A stretch of 62,643 nucleotides of DNA, the filler included, from Globobulimina sp. (Eukaryota): the NCBI GenBank assembly GCA_003354225.1. It is 17 parts of 17 records of this genome, joined end to end, with 100 filler letters (N's around TTAATTAATTAA, not from the genome) between each part and the next. Parts side by side here need not be neighbours in the genome. Positions count along the whole stretch, not along the records: positions 11,085 to 14,678 come from PIVH01002443.1; positions 14,779 to 18,371 come from PIVH01002444.1; positions 18,472 to 22,063 come from PIVH01002445.1; positions 22,164 to 25,755 come from PIVH01002446.1; 13 more parts are not named here. One strand, given 5' to 3'. The position numbers and the translations under genes were made by a program. This document shows, piece by piece, positions 11,253 through 24,250 of this stretch; position 1 is the first letter of the stretch; the number at the start of each line of letters is the position of its first letter. The notes beneath the pieces were generated by a model. The model was not told the origin of the DNA. It made no database searches and worked only from the letters and a program-made list of their open reading frames with translations.

Positions 11253-14200
11253 TTGTCAGAACAAAAAAATGTACACACACATGATATGCAACGACATTGC
11301 ACGACACTTGATACTATGCAAAATAACAGATTCTTCATCGGAAATAAGACCAGTCACTCGGTCCATAATTACTTCAACCATTTTATGTATGTAATCCGCA
11401 CTGAATGCGTTGCCGGATATATGATAAGCACGAAGAGCCATAAACATACGCGTAAATTGTACCGCTTTGTTGAGCGATATCAACATAGACTCAGAAAGCT
11501 GTATAAATACATTAAAATCATTATGGACAAATCTCTGCGATGGGTGACTTTACGTATGCCACAGCATCGATATCATCCCATCAAATCCTTCATATTGCGC
11601 AAATTCCCACAACATATTCGAATCAGATTCAAGAAGATACCGTACAATAAGGCGACTGTTGAAGCGACTGTTTACACACAGCTCCATGCTTTTAATAAAA
11701 GTCCTGCGAAAATCTTGACACTTTACGACTTCATAGTAAAAAACCACTATGTAGAGAACGACCCAATTTTACGGCAGTCAGCAACAAACAACAACTACCA
11801 CATCAAATGGTTTGTGCCGGTGGATAAAAAAGCTCATGAAATCCGAAATCACTGGCAAGGAATTCATAACAGTCTGAATGTGAACCTTCATTCACTACAT
11901 CGAGATAACTGGATAAATAACCAGAAAAATAATGCAATTATCTCATTAAACCAAATATACAAACACGCGATAAACAAATTCCGCACTGAAAACAGAACAC
12001 TCCGAGAATATAAAAATTATATGGTCAGCAAAGTAATACAGGACTATACCACCAATGAACAACAGAATGACACAGATATCCCTGAGATCATTTTAAAATA
12101 TCCATTCATGCAAATCTACACTCCCAACATTGAGCCTATATCCTCCACCCAAATCAGAATAAAAAACATGAAAATAGGGTTCCTAAATATCAATGGAAAG
12201 GCCAAAACCAAAATAAATCAAATGCATCCATATATGCAACAGCTTGTCACCCACCATAAACTTGACATTATTCTGCTAATTGACACAAGAAGTGTCCACC
12301 GACCCAATTGGAAACTACCTGGATATAAATTGTTAGTCCACAAAGCTCCAATCACCACAAAAAACCCCCAAAATGTTGGTGGCATCTTGATCTATTACAA
12401 ATATACCCTCCGTAACAAAATGAAACTGATCAAGAAGACCAGATGCCATAATACGGCATGGATCTCAATACAAATAGCTGGCCAATCCAAACCTTCCTAT
12501 GTTGCCATAAATTATGCCCGCACATACAAACCAAACCTAAGCGATCGAAGCCGCAAATTCTATGAATCACTCACTGCTGACATTAATAAATATAAACCAC
12601 TATGCCACAGTATGTATGTCATTGGTGATTTCAATGCCAGAATGGGATCCATTACCATGGACCATACCACCAATGGACACTACCGATACATGAAGCAAAT
12701 GTTGGATCAAACGCGCCTAAAAATAGCAAATCCACAGTTTGCCCCCAAATTCCTGACCTGTTTAGCCAAAGGCTCCCACAACAATGGAGGCTCTATAATT
12801 GATTACGTCATAACTGACAAATTAAATACCATCCATTCCATGAATATTGACACACATCCTGTGTTCATGGACCATAGACCTGTTGTGTTTACGTTGAATG
12901 ATATAAAATGTGAAACCAGCAACATTGACAAACACCTAATCCTAAGAGCCAATGAGCCAAACAGTGAATTGATAAAAATACACAGATCAATCCTAGAGGC
13001 AGCCACCAAACATATAGCCCGATTCGCAACATCCACGGAGACGTTCAACACAAAAAATGAGCACCAATACATCTCCCACATAGTATCCATGACTACTGCT
13101 TACATAATACACCTAGCCTCCATCAAAGCCTTTGGACTCTCTGACTACAATGCAGCCAACAGATGGTCCAACATATCCCGTAAACAGGTCACACTAAATA
13201 TAAAACAGAGACTATTATTAAACACAAATAATCAAACAGATGATGGGAAACAGCTGCTATTGGACGCTGAAAGAAATTACACCCAAAATAGATTGGACAC
13301 ACTCACCCAAAACACCGTCCGATTTGGCAATTTGAACCACGCCAATAAATTAAAGAAATTCAAGATATATAATAAAAACAAGGATTTTATTTTGGACGAA
13401 CCTTATCTCAAATATAAAAACACCATAATGGACAAAAATAAGGCGCTCTCGGAATTCTTCTGTGATATCAATGGTCCGATAGATGACCCGATGAGTAACC
13501 CGCACATGAATGACATCAACAATTTCAATGGAGACCTACTGAAACGCTGTGCGAATAACTTAACCTTTGCCCCAAATAAGCCTGAAAATCCCACACAGAA
13601 TGACACCGATAGTCCCCCACAAACCCTTGATTCCATCCGTAACTCACAAAATAACACACAAATAACCGATGATAATACTGCGGTCCCACACTACGACCCA
13701 AATTATATACCGCCGACCCAGCCTCTCTTAGATGATCTGTTTGAAATTGAATATAATGACGACAGTGATGACATGGCGATAGAGACGCCAGGAATATTGC
13801 AGGACCCTCAGAAAGACCGCCGAATAAAATATAAATCCATTGAGATGTCCATTTCATATGCAAATCAGAACAGTGCGCCGGGCTATGATGGCATCAAATC
13901 CATACACCTAAAAACCAATGGACGCCAAATCAACAAATTACTCTGTGTAATGTTCAACGTCTGGAACGCCACATATTTTATTCCCTATTATTGGCGCCTT
14001 GGCTCTATAATCCCTATATTGAAAACCAAAACAGGAGACACTCCAAATCAGTACAGGCCCATAACTTTACTGCCAATCATATTTAAGGCCTATGAACGCT
14101 TGATATTGTGGGAAATGTCCATTGCCCACAAATTCAGAAGAAACTTGCATATTTTGCAGGGCGGCAACCGATCACGAAGAGGAGTCCCAGAGCAAATAGG

Positions 14201-14678
14201 TGCCATTAATCTGATAGCTGAAACTGCGAAAATGAGAGAGATCCCATTATATAGCGCGCTGTTGGATATACGCAAAGCTTTTGACACTGTCTGGCGAAAA
14301 GGTTTGCTGTATAAACTAAATAAACAATTCAATATACCGCTTAACTTATGCAAAATCATTAAGGCAATATATGATAACTCGCATTCTGCCATAAGAGATC
14401 TGCCATTTATCACCAATAAATTCCTCCTTCATAATGGTGTATTACAGGGATCGGTCCTATCGCCTGTGTTATATGCTGCATTTCTGAATGATTTAATTGA
14501 TGAACTACAAAACTCGCAGTGCGGCGCTGCTGCGCCAGATCCAGACGAACCAATAGCATGCACATTGTACGCCGATGACATCATATTAACAGCGAACAAA
14601 ATCTCGCACCTACATAAACTCCTAAAAATATGCGAAACTCACAGTAATAAATGGCAATATCGATTCAATCAAAAAAAG
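11253..14678 (+). mobile_element. Non-LTR retrotransposon ORF (APE endonuclease plus reverse transcriptase), 3'-truncated by contig end
   Basis: APE motifs FLNING, GGILIY, GDFNAR, IDYV, DHRPV; RT motifs APGYDG, YRPITLL, LDIRKAFDTV, GVLQGSVLSP, YADD; uninterrupted frame. Confidence 0.95.
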
Positions 14679-14778
14679 NNNNNNNNNNNNNNNNNNNNNN
14701 NNNNNNNNNNNNNNNNNNNNNNTTAATTAATTAANNNNNNNNNNNNNNNNNNNNNNNNNNNNNNNNNNNNNNNNNNNN

Positions 14779-16691
14779 CACCAACAAAGTCGTATCTATA
14801 CCGTGGACCATGAAACGCAAGACATTGAAAGCAATACAGCAGTCGAAGCAATTTGCATTGACACCAGCACCAAAACATTCATTGCCGTTGGTAATGCTTC
14901 TCATGTTTTAGCAGAATGCATGTCCACTGATTACGCATCAATCAAACAAATACATTTCAATGGTACATTAGCTCAAAATATTACAATTTTGCCTGGTTTG
15001 ACTGACTCGCATGCTCATATTATGGTACGTACTCCGCACAATTCTGAAAACATATTATTAACGTTTCTGAAACATATTATTCCAACGACAGTCTTATGGA
15101 GCAAATTTTTTTCGTGCGGATCTATCGACAGCGACATCAATCGAACAAGTTTTGCATTCCATTGAAACATTTATCTCAAACTACAGCAATGCAATAACCG
15201 ACAATTGGGTGACTGGCTGGGGCTGGGACCAAGAACTATGGACTGATCAATCGGGTTTCATTGACGGATTACCAACGCGCTGGATGTTAGATGCTCGATT
15301 CCCAGATTATAAGTTATATTTACGTCGCATTGATGGACATGCTGCATGGGCCAATACTGCCGCTTTGAATGCTATTCCTGGCGGATTACCGGGAGAAGAT
15401 CCAGAGGGTGGACAGATAATACGTGATGGCAATGGGACTGCGACCGGGGCGCTGGTTGATAGTGCTATGAATTATGTCAGGTATTATATTATGTCAGCTA
15501 TATATTAGCAATTTGCACGAATATTAAATAGCTCTCTAATTCCGGCGTGGTCAAATGATGAACGCTCTGCAATGTTGCAGCTTGTGTTAGATGAATGCGC
15601 TGCGAATGGGCTAACCGGTGTGCATGATGCCGGCGATGGACCGCCAGATATGGAACTATTTAAATCTGTGATCGATAGTCCAGCTGAACATGGATACCAT
15701 TTTACAATGAGGGTGAATGCCTTTGCTAGTCGTTCTTATGAACCTGGAGATTATATTCATTTGAAAGAGGAGTTGTATAAAGATTTATTAACTGTTTCCA
15801 CTGTGAAATTTATGATGGATGGTGCTCTCGGCTCGCGTGGCGCTGCTTTGATTCAACCGTATTGTGATTCGAATGCAAGTAACGGTATTTTAATGTTTTC
15901 GCCAGCTGCGTTTTATAATAATATAAGTATTTGGCACGAAGCGGATTATCAAATAGCAACACATGCCATTGGTGATGCTGCAAATAGAGAAGTCATACAA
16001 GCATATATTAATTTGATTGAAAACTATGGTTTGGAGAATGTGGATCATCGCTTACGGATTGAACATGCTCAGATTGTGAATGCGACGCATGATATTCCAC
16101 TAATGGGCCAATATCATATTATTCCATCGATGCAGCCAACGCATGCGACATCAGACATGGTGTTTGCAGAAGATCGGTTATGTGCAGATCGATTGAGCGG
16201 AGCTTATGCATGGCAAAGGATGTTAAATTTCTCTGTGCCGGCCATGCCATTTGGTTCTGACTTCCCTGCCGTTGGAGTGGTTAATCCATTTTTAGGCATT
16301 TTTGCAGCAGTTACGAGACAAAATGAAAGTGGACAACCTGTGGATGGATGGACACCGTATAATAAAGTCTCGAGATATCAAGCTGTTAAGGTAGTACTGG
16401 CAGTAAATAATGGCATTTATAAAATATAATTTATTGTTTTATTATATAAAAGCCATTATTTCATTGTGATACTGCTTTAAGGGATATACGTACGATGCAG
16501 CATATGCAGCCTTTCAGGAGGATGTATTGGGCACAATTTCACAAAATAAATTTGCTGATTTTATTGTGATTGATAGGGATATATTTGAAATCGATGAAAT
16601 GCGTATATTGGAAACAAATGTTATTGCTACATATTTGGGCGGTGATCCAGTTTATATTGATCAGGAATGGCAAGATGTCATTCATTTTTAA
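14779..16691 (+). CDS. YtcJ/LAF3-like amidohydrolase (amidohydrolase 3 family), 5'-truncated; introns 15024-15091, 15481-15530, 16391-16481
   Basis: PGLTDSHAH, GWGWDQ, RIDGHAAWAN, DGALGSRGA, HAIGD, RIEHAQ, MQPTH, GSDFP, ADFIVID; GT-AG introns restore the frame. Confidence 0.92.
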
Positions 16692-16912
16692 TCAATGAAT
16701 ATATGCATTCTACTTGGAAACTGTGTAAATGATAAATATTAATTATGTACAGTATAATAAATTTCGTTTTTAAAATTCGCACATTCGCAAATCATTTTGT
16801 TTTTCGACTTTTTTGGTAAAATTTAACTTTTATAGCGCTCATATATGAGCATGGTTTAATAGTAATTAGTACTGCAATATAATATCCAAGATATTTATTT
16901 TGGTACGCCACA

Positions 16913-18371
16913 ATGCAACGCGTTGCAGACGATACTAAAGAAAGAACAGAGTCAACAAAGTTCCCGGAATTGAGACCAAAATTATTTGAGATTGATCCTA
17001 TTTTGAATGCAATATTTATTTATTGTACAGAGGTGCAGATCATACATATTCATGAGACTGTTTTGTTCAAACAATATAAACAATATTGGCAATCTTCACC
17101 AGTTGTTATTATGTTTGAAATGACATCATTATTAACAGCAGATATTTTGTGTAAATTGTGTGATATTTTAGAAATATTGAAAGAGAATCTAACCACTATC
17201 GCCATTCGAATCCATTTTGATTTGTTTATGAACCATATTGATTATGATCAAGTTGCACCATTCTTCAATCAAATATTGCTTTGTGCGCAAGCATACTCAT
17301 TATGGCGATTACGATTAATTATAAAATATAAACATTGCGATGTAGATTTTAAATGGCACCAATTATCACAAGAATTGATTGCATCACTTATGATGTTGCA
17401 ACTTAACAAAACAAATAAATTTAGAAAAAGCCGTACGATCCGTTTAAGTTTGCGCGTCATTGATTTTATATTATTTTGGAAATTGCACCATCAACAATAC
17501 AAATTATTTTTGAATAATTTAACATTATCCACTGCCATAAGTCAATTACAAATTGAATTTGCGTCTTTATATAAAGTACATAGTAATTATAGCTATATTA
17601 TCTCCAATTTATTTGATGCGATTTCGAAAAATGTTTCCATTTCAGGTTTGTCATTGAAAAATTGTGCGGATAGCAACTTAAATTACACTCGAAATGATGA
17701 AGATTTAGCGTCATTGCTAAGTAACAATAACAATGATAATAATAATGACCGTTATGACCATGACGGTGCATATTTGTCATATATTTATAATTGCTTTAAA
17801 AGCAAAAAAATTGATGTAAAATACGGAGGAAATAATGCGTGTTGGAAACAACAGTCATTTTATAAATTTAGTTGTTCTGAAAAAGACTTTTCGTTGCGAA
17901 TAAATTCAAAATATGGTATTTATAATATATTGTCAGCCATACAGGAAAACGAGAATTTATGTTTAAATTGTTTGGTTTTAGAGAATGTTATTTACGATCA
18001 CGAAGAAAATAAGCAAATTTGGGAGGATCCGTTTCAAAATGCAGTGGATACAGTAACTGAATTCCATGAAGTTAATACAGGCAATATTTGGAAGGCATTG
18101 TTAGAAATTTGTACATCAAATAAACATTTTGTAGAAATATTGGAATTTGCAGAAAGTAAAATTGGTAAAACATATTGTGAGGATTTGCAGCGATTTATGA
18201 AAAGTATTATTTATGGCAATAAATTGAATAAAAATGACAAGAAATGTCACATTCGTAAATTTAAAATGTGCAACATATCATCGCATGGAACAGATGTATT
18301 TATCGAATATATGGTTGATTTGATGAAGAATGGGCTGTCATACAATCCAATGATGGCGGAGATTAAAATTG
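16913..18371 (+). CDS. Hypothetical protein, possibly degenerate LRR; 3'-truncated
   Basis: Open frame of more than 480 codons; LxxLxL-like periodicity in the C-terminal half. Confidence 0.55.
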
Positions 18372-18663
18372 NNNNNNNNNNNNNNNNNNNNNNNNNNNNN
18401 NNNNNNNNNNNNNNNTTAATTAATTAANNNNNNNNNNNNNNNNNNNNNNNNNNNNNNNNNNNNNNNNNNNNAAAAATTAGAAAAGAAAAAAAAAAACAGA
18501 GCAGAACAATAATAAGATAAAAAAAAATGATATAATCGATGTAAAAAAATGACAGTAGAAACTAATTAATAATATATCTCAATAAAAAAAAAACAATGAA
18601 CACAAAAAAACGTAAATTTCAAAACAATTAACAGAAAAAAAGAAAATAAAACAGGAACTTATA

Positions 18664-20841
18664 TTAAATACTATTTTCCAAGGCATCGATAGATTGATTC
18701 GCAAAATATACCACATCGATATCATCATCATTTTCCACGATAACTTGCAATTTGTCCAAAATGCCTTCCATAAACTGCCGGCGGATCAACTTATTCTTCG
18801 CCAAAAACGTCACAATCTGACACGCCTTAAACCGCACATTTGGCACTTTGTCGCAAGCCATAAAATGAATAATCTCCTGAATCAATTCGCTGTTTTGCTT
18901 GACCCCCAGCCCTTCGCTTAAATACTTAAACGCCAACAAATAGATCAAACGATGCAAATAGTTCTTAGACTCATACATCTTGGCCACCAGACTCGGTATC
19001 AATTTCTGTCGCGTCCACCCAAAATCATCCTGCTCGCTCTCCTCGAATATGCGGCTAATCTCAAACAAGTTGCTGGCCGCAGACAGCCGGATATCCGACA
19101 CGTTGTCCTCCAAACTCGCCAGACATAAATCAAACAGACGTTCGTTGAAAAACGCTAATCCAAACTGCTTGGCCAAGGCTGGGAACTTATCGATAATCCC
19201 CAGCCGAACTCGCCAGTCATTGTCCAACGTCAACTCCATGATGCTGGGAATTATGCTTTCTTCCAACAAAGAAATGTCAAAATCCGAGCCTTTGCCGTTG
19301 TTGTTATCAGAACAAATGTTGCTGATAACATGCAAGCGTACATTGGGATACTCGTCCTTCAAAATACACAAAATGCAGCTCAATATGTGTTCAATTACGA
19401 CCTGATGCGGCAACAAATAGCAAAATGGAATGATGATGCTCGCCAACGAAGCGCGGGCATATTTGTTGCTGTCGCACACCAATTCCTTGCTGATGATGGG
19501 AATCAACTTCGTGATGCTCAGCTCTTTGCCGATCAGCGTGCTCATTTCGGGGATTTTGCTGATCGCAACGGCACGGACCTCCGCCTCCTGGTCTTGCAAC
19601 AGGCGGATAAAATAATTGATCATCGAGTCGCTGATGCATTGCGAGTCCAACATTTGGCACAGTTTTATGAAGTTATCAGCGGCAATGTACCGCACTCGCC
19701 AGGCCTGATCGATGCATAATAAGCGAATGTGATACAACAAATGCGACACAACCTCGGATTTATCGAAGATGTCGCTGAATTGGATGAGAGTCTCCACGGC
19801 GAAGACGCGCACATTGTCCTGGTCGTCGCCGGACAGTTTCTTGAATAGAGGGAGATACTGCGAGAGGACCTGCTGTTTGTCCGTCGCGTTGCGCCCATCC
19901 AGACACGCCACCATCTTCCCGAGCGTTATAATGGCACTTCGACGCACAATGGGCAGCGAATCGGAGCACAATTCAGATAGCAACAGCAACATATCCTTCT
20001 TGTAAGAGATCAGACGCTCTCTCTCCTCCGTTGCCTCTTCATTTTCAGTTTCATTGTCAGCGTCCAATTCGTTTAATAATTCAACGAACTTTGAAAAGGC
20101 ATTGGCTATTAAGGTGGCGCCTGATTTGTACGTCAGAATTTTAGAATTTTCCCGCAATTTCGCAGTGTGAGTAGGTACAGTACAGAGTTACATGCCTGAC
20201 ATGCGGGCCGTGTTCCAGTCGCAATGACACAGTCTATTGAAGAGTGGCAATATATATTGGTGGAAATAGAAAGGTTTGTGCTTGTAAGGCATGTTATAAA
20301 TGATTTTGCCGAATTTGTTGGTGGCTTCGTCGCGAATTATTTTCTCTTCGACTTGGCATAGCCGCTCAAACGGAGGGATCAAGCAAAAGGAAAAGGGGTT
20401 GTTGACGGAGCTGGCGCCGCCAATCAATTTGAGCGTCAATAATCGGTAGATCTCTTCAATTAAAACTAATAAGACTTCGTCGTCGTCGTCGATCATTTGC
20501 GTGATGTATGGGATCAATTCGTTGCGAGTGCGCTCTTCGCCTAAGGCTTTGGAGATGATTGGCAAGGAACGGATCGCCTTGATGCGCACCGCCGGGTCGT
20601 CCTTCATTAACTCGTCAATCATTATGGCGATGCTTTCGAGATCTTCTTCGCTGATTTCCACGTCGAATTGTTCTGCTTTTATGTTTGTGTTTAGGTCGTT
20701 GTCTTCATCAACATCCTCCTCGTCGTCGAGGTCCATTTGCGTTTTGTGAGTTGCTTCATTTGTTTTCATGGTGGTGTCGTTGTCAAAATCTAGTTGTTTC
20801 AGAGTGGCTGTATTTGGGGATTCCGGATCCATGTTTTCCAT
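18664..20841 (-). CDS. Protein phosphatase 2A scaffold (A/PR65) subunit-like HEAT-repeat protein; intron 20121-20195 (GC-AG)
   Basis: ALGEERTRNELIPY, DDDDEVLLVL, DQDNVR, AWRVRY, DQEAEVR, DWRVR, DKVPNVRF, DDDIDVVYFA. Confidence 0.93.
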
Positions 20842-21251
20842 TGGAATATGAGTAGTTATTTGTAGTGACGGAAGGATGATCAGAGACTTAATTTAGCTGA
20901 GTTAGTAAGTGAAAACTACAACAACAACATGTTATTATAATGGAGGAGAAAAACGAATTCAAATAGGCAACGAGATTCTTTCTCACAAAATAGACTCGGT
21001 ATACAATAAAAAATCACGATTCATGTATGCCATATGCAATGCAATAACATAAACATTATGAAATAATATAATTACTCAAATAATCACCGGTAAAGTTCCA
21101 TTTATTTTTTGATGCTAATCTCCCTAAAAGACAAAGTGGTTAATTGCATAGATTCCGTCATTGATTTTCCAACGAAGAAAGGATTGCAAACTACAGAATG
21201 ACTCTTTGGTTGAAAGATGATCAAAAGATAAATTTAAATAACGACAAGAAA

Positions 21252-21710
21252 TTACATTTTAATTCCACCTTGCATCATTTTACGAAATCCTTCCAACGAC
21301 AAAACACCAGAATTATTTGGTTCAATTTCATTAATCATATCACGTATTTCATCTTTGCTTAAATTTTCACCTAAATCTTGCATTACTTTTTGCATATTTT
21401 CAGCAGAGATCGTATTATTTGAAGAGTTAAATAATTTAAATGCTGCGTTGGTCTCTTTGTTCGAATCCATTTTGTTTAATTCCATCAATTTAAGAAACTG
21501 TGGAAAGTCAATTGCTCCCTTTCTTTGCACATCAACGTTTTTAATTAATTCCTTAATTTCGTCATCTGTCGGATCAATTTGTCCTAAAGACCGAAGAAAA
21601 TCGCCTAATTCCGAAATAGTGATTCTTCCTTTTCCACTTTTGTCTAAAATGGAAAATGCCTCTTTAAATTCTTGTAATTCCTGATCACTTAAACTTGTTT
21701 GAAAATCCAT
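21252..21710 (-). CDS. Calmodulin-like EF-hand protein (divergent)
   Basis: EFKEAFSILDKSGKGRITISELG, IDFPQFL, LGENLSKDEIRDMINE; C-lobe loops degenerate. Confidence 0.9.
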   Translation of the reverse strand: MDFQTSLSDQELQEFKEAFSILDKSGKGRITISELGDFLRSLGQIDPTDDEIKELIKNVDVQRKGAIDFPQFLKLMELNKMDSNKETNAAFKLFNSSNNTISAENMQKVMQDLGENLSKDEIRDMINEIEPNNSGVLSLEGFRKMMQGGIKM

Positions 21711-22163
21711 CTGAAAATTTCTGTAAATATTTTCACAAATGATTCAAAATGAAAATGACAATTTCATAATAGAGTTTTGTTACAAAAATAGAATCGATCC
21801 ATGTAAAAAAAATAGTGCAGCTACCGAGCTGGTGCAGTTTTTGAAAAAAAAGAATAGGATCATGTCATTGTTACAGGCATTGGGTTAAAAGAAAGTGTTT
21901 TCAAACAGGAACTGTTTGTCAGTCACCAGAAACGGTTTGCCATCTACCTTACCCCAATAAAAATCTGACGCTGAAAACCGGATGCTCTTTATAACTTATT
22001 AATTGAAAAGATCTCATTGAAAAGATATAATATACCATTTATTATTTTATGATATATAATAGTNNNNNNNNNNNNNNNNNNNNNNNNNNNNNNNNNNNNN
22101 NNNNNNNTTAATTAATTAANNNNNNNNNNNNNNNNNNNNNNNNNNNNNNNNNNNNNNNNNNNN

Positions 22164-22740
22164 TTCATATATTTTAATGTTAATTTATACCGTAACCTGT
22201 TAGCTCGTAATGCTTAACATCAAGCATAGCATGCGTTATTTTAATGGTATAGTTATCAACGCCGGCCATGTATCGTTCTGGTGTTGATTTTTCAACATAG
22301 CTAATATTTCCGTTACAGTTTGTAAGGTTATTTTGCCCAAAGTTTTGCCAAATGCAATTTGGATTCATTGTTAGCCATTTTTCAGACACGCGAGTTGTAA
22401 TAAACATATGTTGGTGGATTGATGTTGGAAATAAAACCATATCTTGAGGCCATACTTCACATAAACGTGGGTCCGAATAATTTGCTTTGGATGCATTACA
22501 ATAATCAAATTGTTGTGCATTTACATTTGCAGTCAGTGGTCTCTGTAATGTTGCAGTGACTGTGCCATCCGGGGATTGGATATCTAGGTATCCTCGTTCA
22601 ACATACAATGCATAGACTAAAATATATACAAGGGTTGCAATCATAAATATATATCGCAGAGCTCCTAATCTCCAATCTGATACCATTACCATTTTCACCG
22701 TTGGATAAGCCAGCGTGTGGTTCAAATCTGTGTTACACAT
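22164..22740 (-). CDS. P2X purinoceptor-like ATP-gated channel, N-terminal part
   Basis: YPTVKMV (YxTxK), DWRLGALRYIF TM1, FITTRV, DNYTIKITH as in protist P2X; truncated at contig edge. Confidence 0.85.
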
Positions 22741-22862
22741 GTTTGCGTTCACTGGAGAGTTTTCTGGAAAATTGTTTTTTATATTCTCAAAACTTTAAGA
22801 AATTGCTTAAAGTTGTACATAGTTATTAAAAGTTAACAAAATTATTGAAATGAACCACATAT

Positions 22863-23897
22863 TCACAGATCATGTTTATCAATTCTTTGTTTCATAGAAT
22901 GTCCGTCAGGCCCATACACCATGCTTCCTATACCAAGTTTATGTATCGAATAAAATCCAGGTTTTGCATCAATAACCTGCGGAATACGATTTATGGCAAT
23001 ATTACAGCTCACTCCATAAGGAATATCTTTTAATCTCAATTCTTGATCCGGTTCACCAATTAATTTAACTACCATCGCATTATTTGTTTCATCATTAAAA
23101 TTAGCAAAAAAAAACTCATTTCTCCAAATTATATGTAATTTTTCATCTTTATTTGCATGTGAATATCCATCAAAAATACATGTTAAATTCCAAATTATTT
23201 CGCTATATTCATACAAGCAATCCAATGATAATTCATTCCATTCCAATTCATATGCATACCATTTAATCATTTGTATTGTAAATGGTTGTAATATATCCTT
23301 TGTTTCTTGACTTCCTTTGTTAGCCCAATATGCAACCTCATCCGATTTAGGTATCCATGCAACATCTAATGTATTGATATAATTCATTGTTGATATCATC
23401 GATAAAACAATTGTTTGATAATAAATATCCTGAATACCGGTTACAGACAATGTGACACCATTTTCTTTTGCAATTTTATCCAAATCCATTGCCATCTTAA
23501 TATCGTCAGATTTATATGGGAATATTAAATGTGATGCTAAAGTTATTATATTCACACCATTGGATAGTACAATTTTGAAATGTTCATAAACTGATTCTAA
23601 ATCATCTTTGGTTGCATCATGACAAATATTTGGTTTTGTTTCTTGTAACACTTTATTTAAATCTGTTGATGATGACACAACAATGCCAAGTTTGTCAGGT
23701 AAACCTAATATTTCCCCAACATCTGTGCCTATAAAACTTGTCCTTGTAAATGCTGCGACCAATGTTACTCCCTTTTGTAAGGCACGCTTCAATGCTCGTT
23801 GACCTGATGTACCCAAACCAATTTGGCAATATCTAATAACAGTCGGCGTTTTGCTATGACACAAGACCACTATCAAACTTAACAATAAAGATAACAT
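22863..23897 (-). CDS. 2,4-diaminopentanoate dehydrogenase / DapB-like NAD(P) oxidoreductase with predicted signal peptide
   Basis: Rossmann QIGLGTSG, GTDVGEILG, NGVNIIT, LDKIAKENGVTLSVTG, INRIPQVIDAKPG; hydrophobic N-terminus MLSLLLSLIVVLCHS; intronless. Confidence 0.75.
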   Translation of the reverse strand: MLSLLLSLIVVLCHSKTPTVIRYCQIGLGTSGQRALKRALQKGVTLVAAFTRTSFIGTDVGEILGLPDKLGIVVSSSTDLNKVLQETKPNICHDATKDDLESVYEHFKIVLSNGVNIITLASHLIFPYKSDDIKMAMDLDKIAKENGVTLSVTGIQDIYYQTIVLSMISTMNYINTLDVAWIPKSDEVAYWANKGSQETKDILQPFTIQMIKWYAYELEWNELSLDCLYEYSEIIWNLTCIFDGYSHANKDEKLHIIWRNEFFFANFNDETNNAMVVKLIGEPDQELRLKDIPYGVSCNIAINRIPQVIDAKPGFYSIHKLGIGSMVYGPDGHSMKQRIDKHDL

Positions 23898-24250
23898 GAT
23901 AGAGATAGAGCTAGCTAGTAGCACTACCGATTTATCTTCTGTCAGAGTGCAAGGATTACTTCAAAATAGCATCTACACGGATTACAAAGTGTGATTTCTT
24001 TGAAAACGCCAAAGCTTAGTAATGCGTTTAGCGGAACTGGTTCTCGTTCTCACCTTGCGGCTCATTATCATGACACGGTAACTAATAAATTGAAAGAAAA
24101 AAACTTAAAATTAATTAAAGATAATTAAAACGAATTAATATAAATATAGATTATAAATAATAGTTCTTACAATATTAAAACAGCTAAGTTATTAATAACA
24201 AAACAATAAAAAAATATATTTTTTGCATTTTTGCACAGAATGAAATAGAT

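Noticed and set aside
18694-20749. Several overlapping plus-strand and alternate-frame ORFs in the PP2A-A region
   Set aside because: Antisense shadows of a GC-richer coding region, with no motifs
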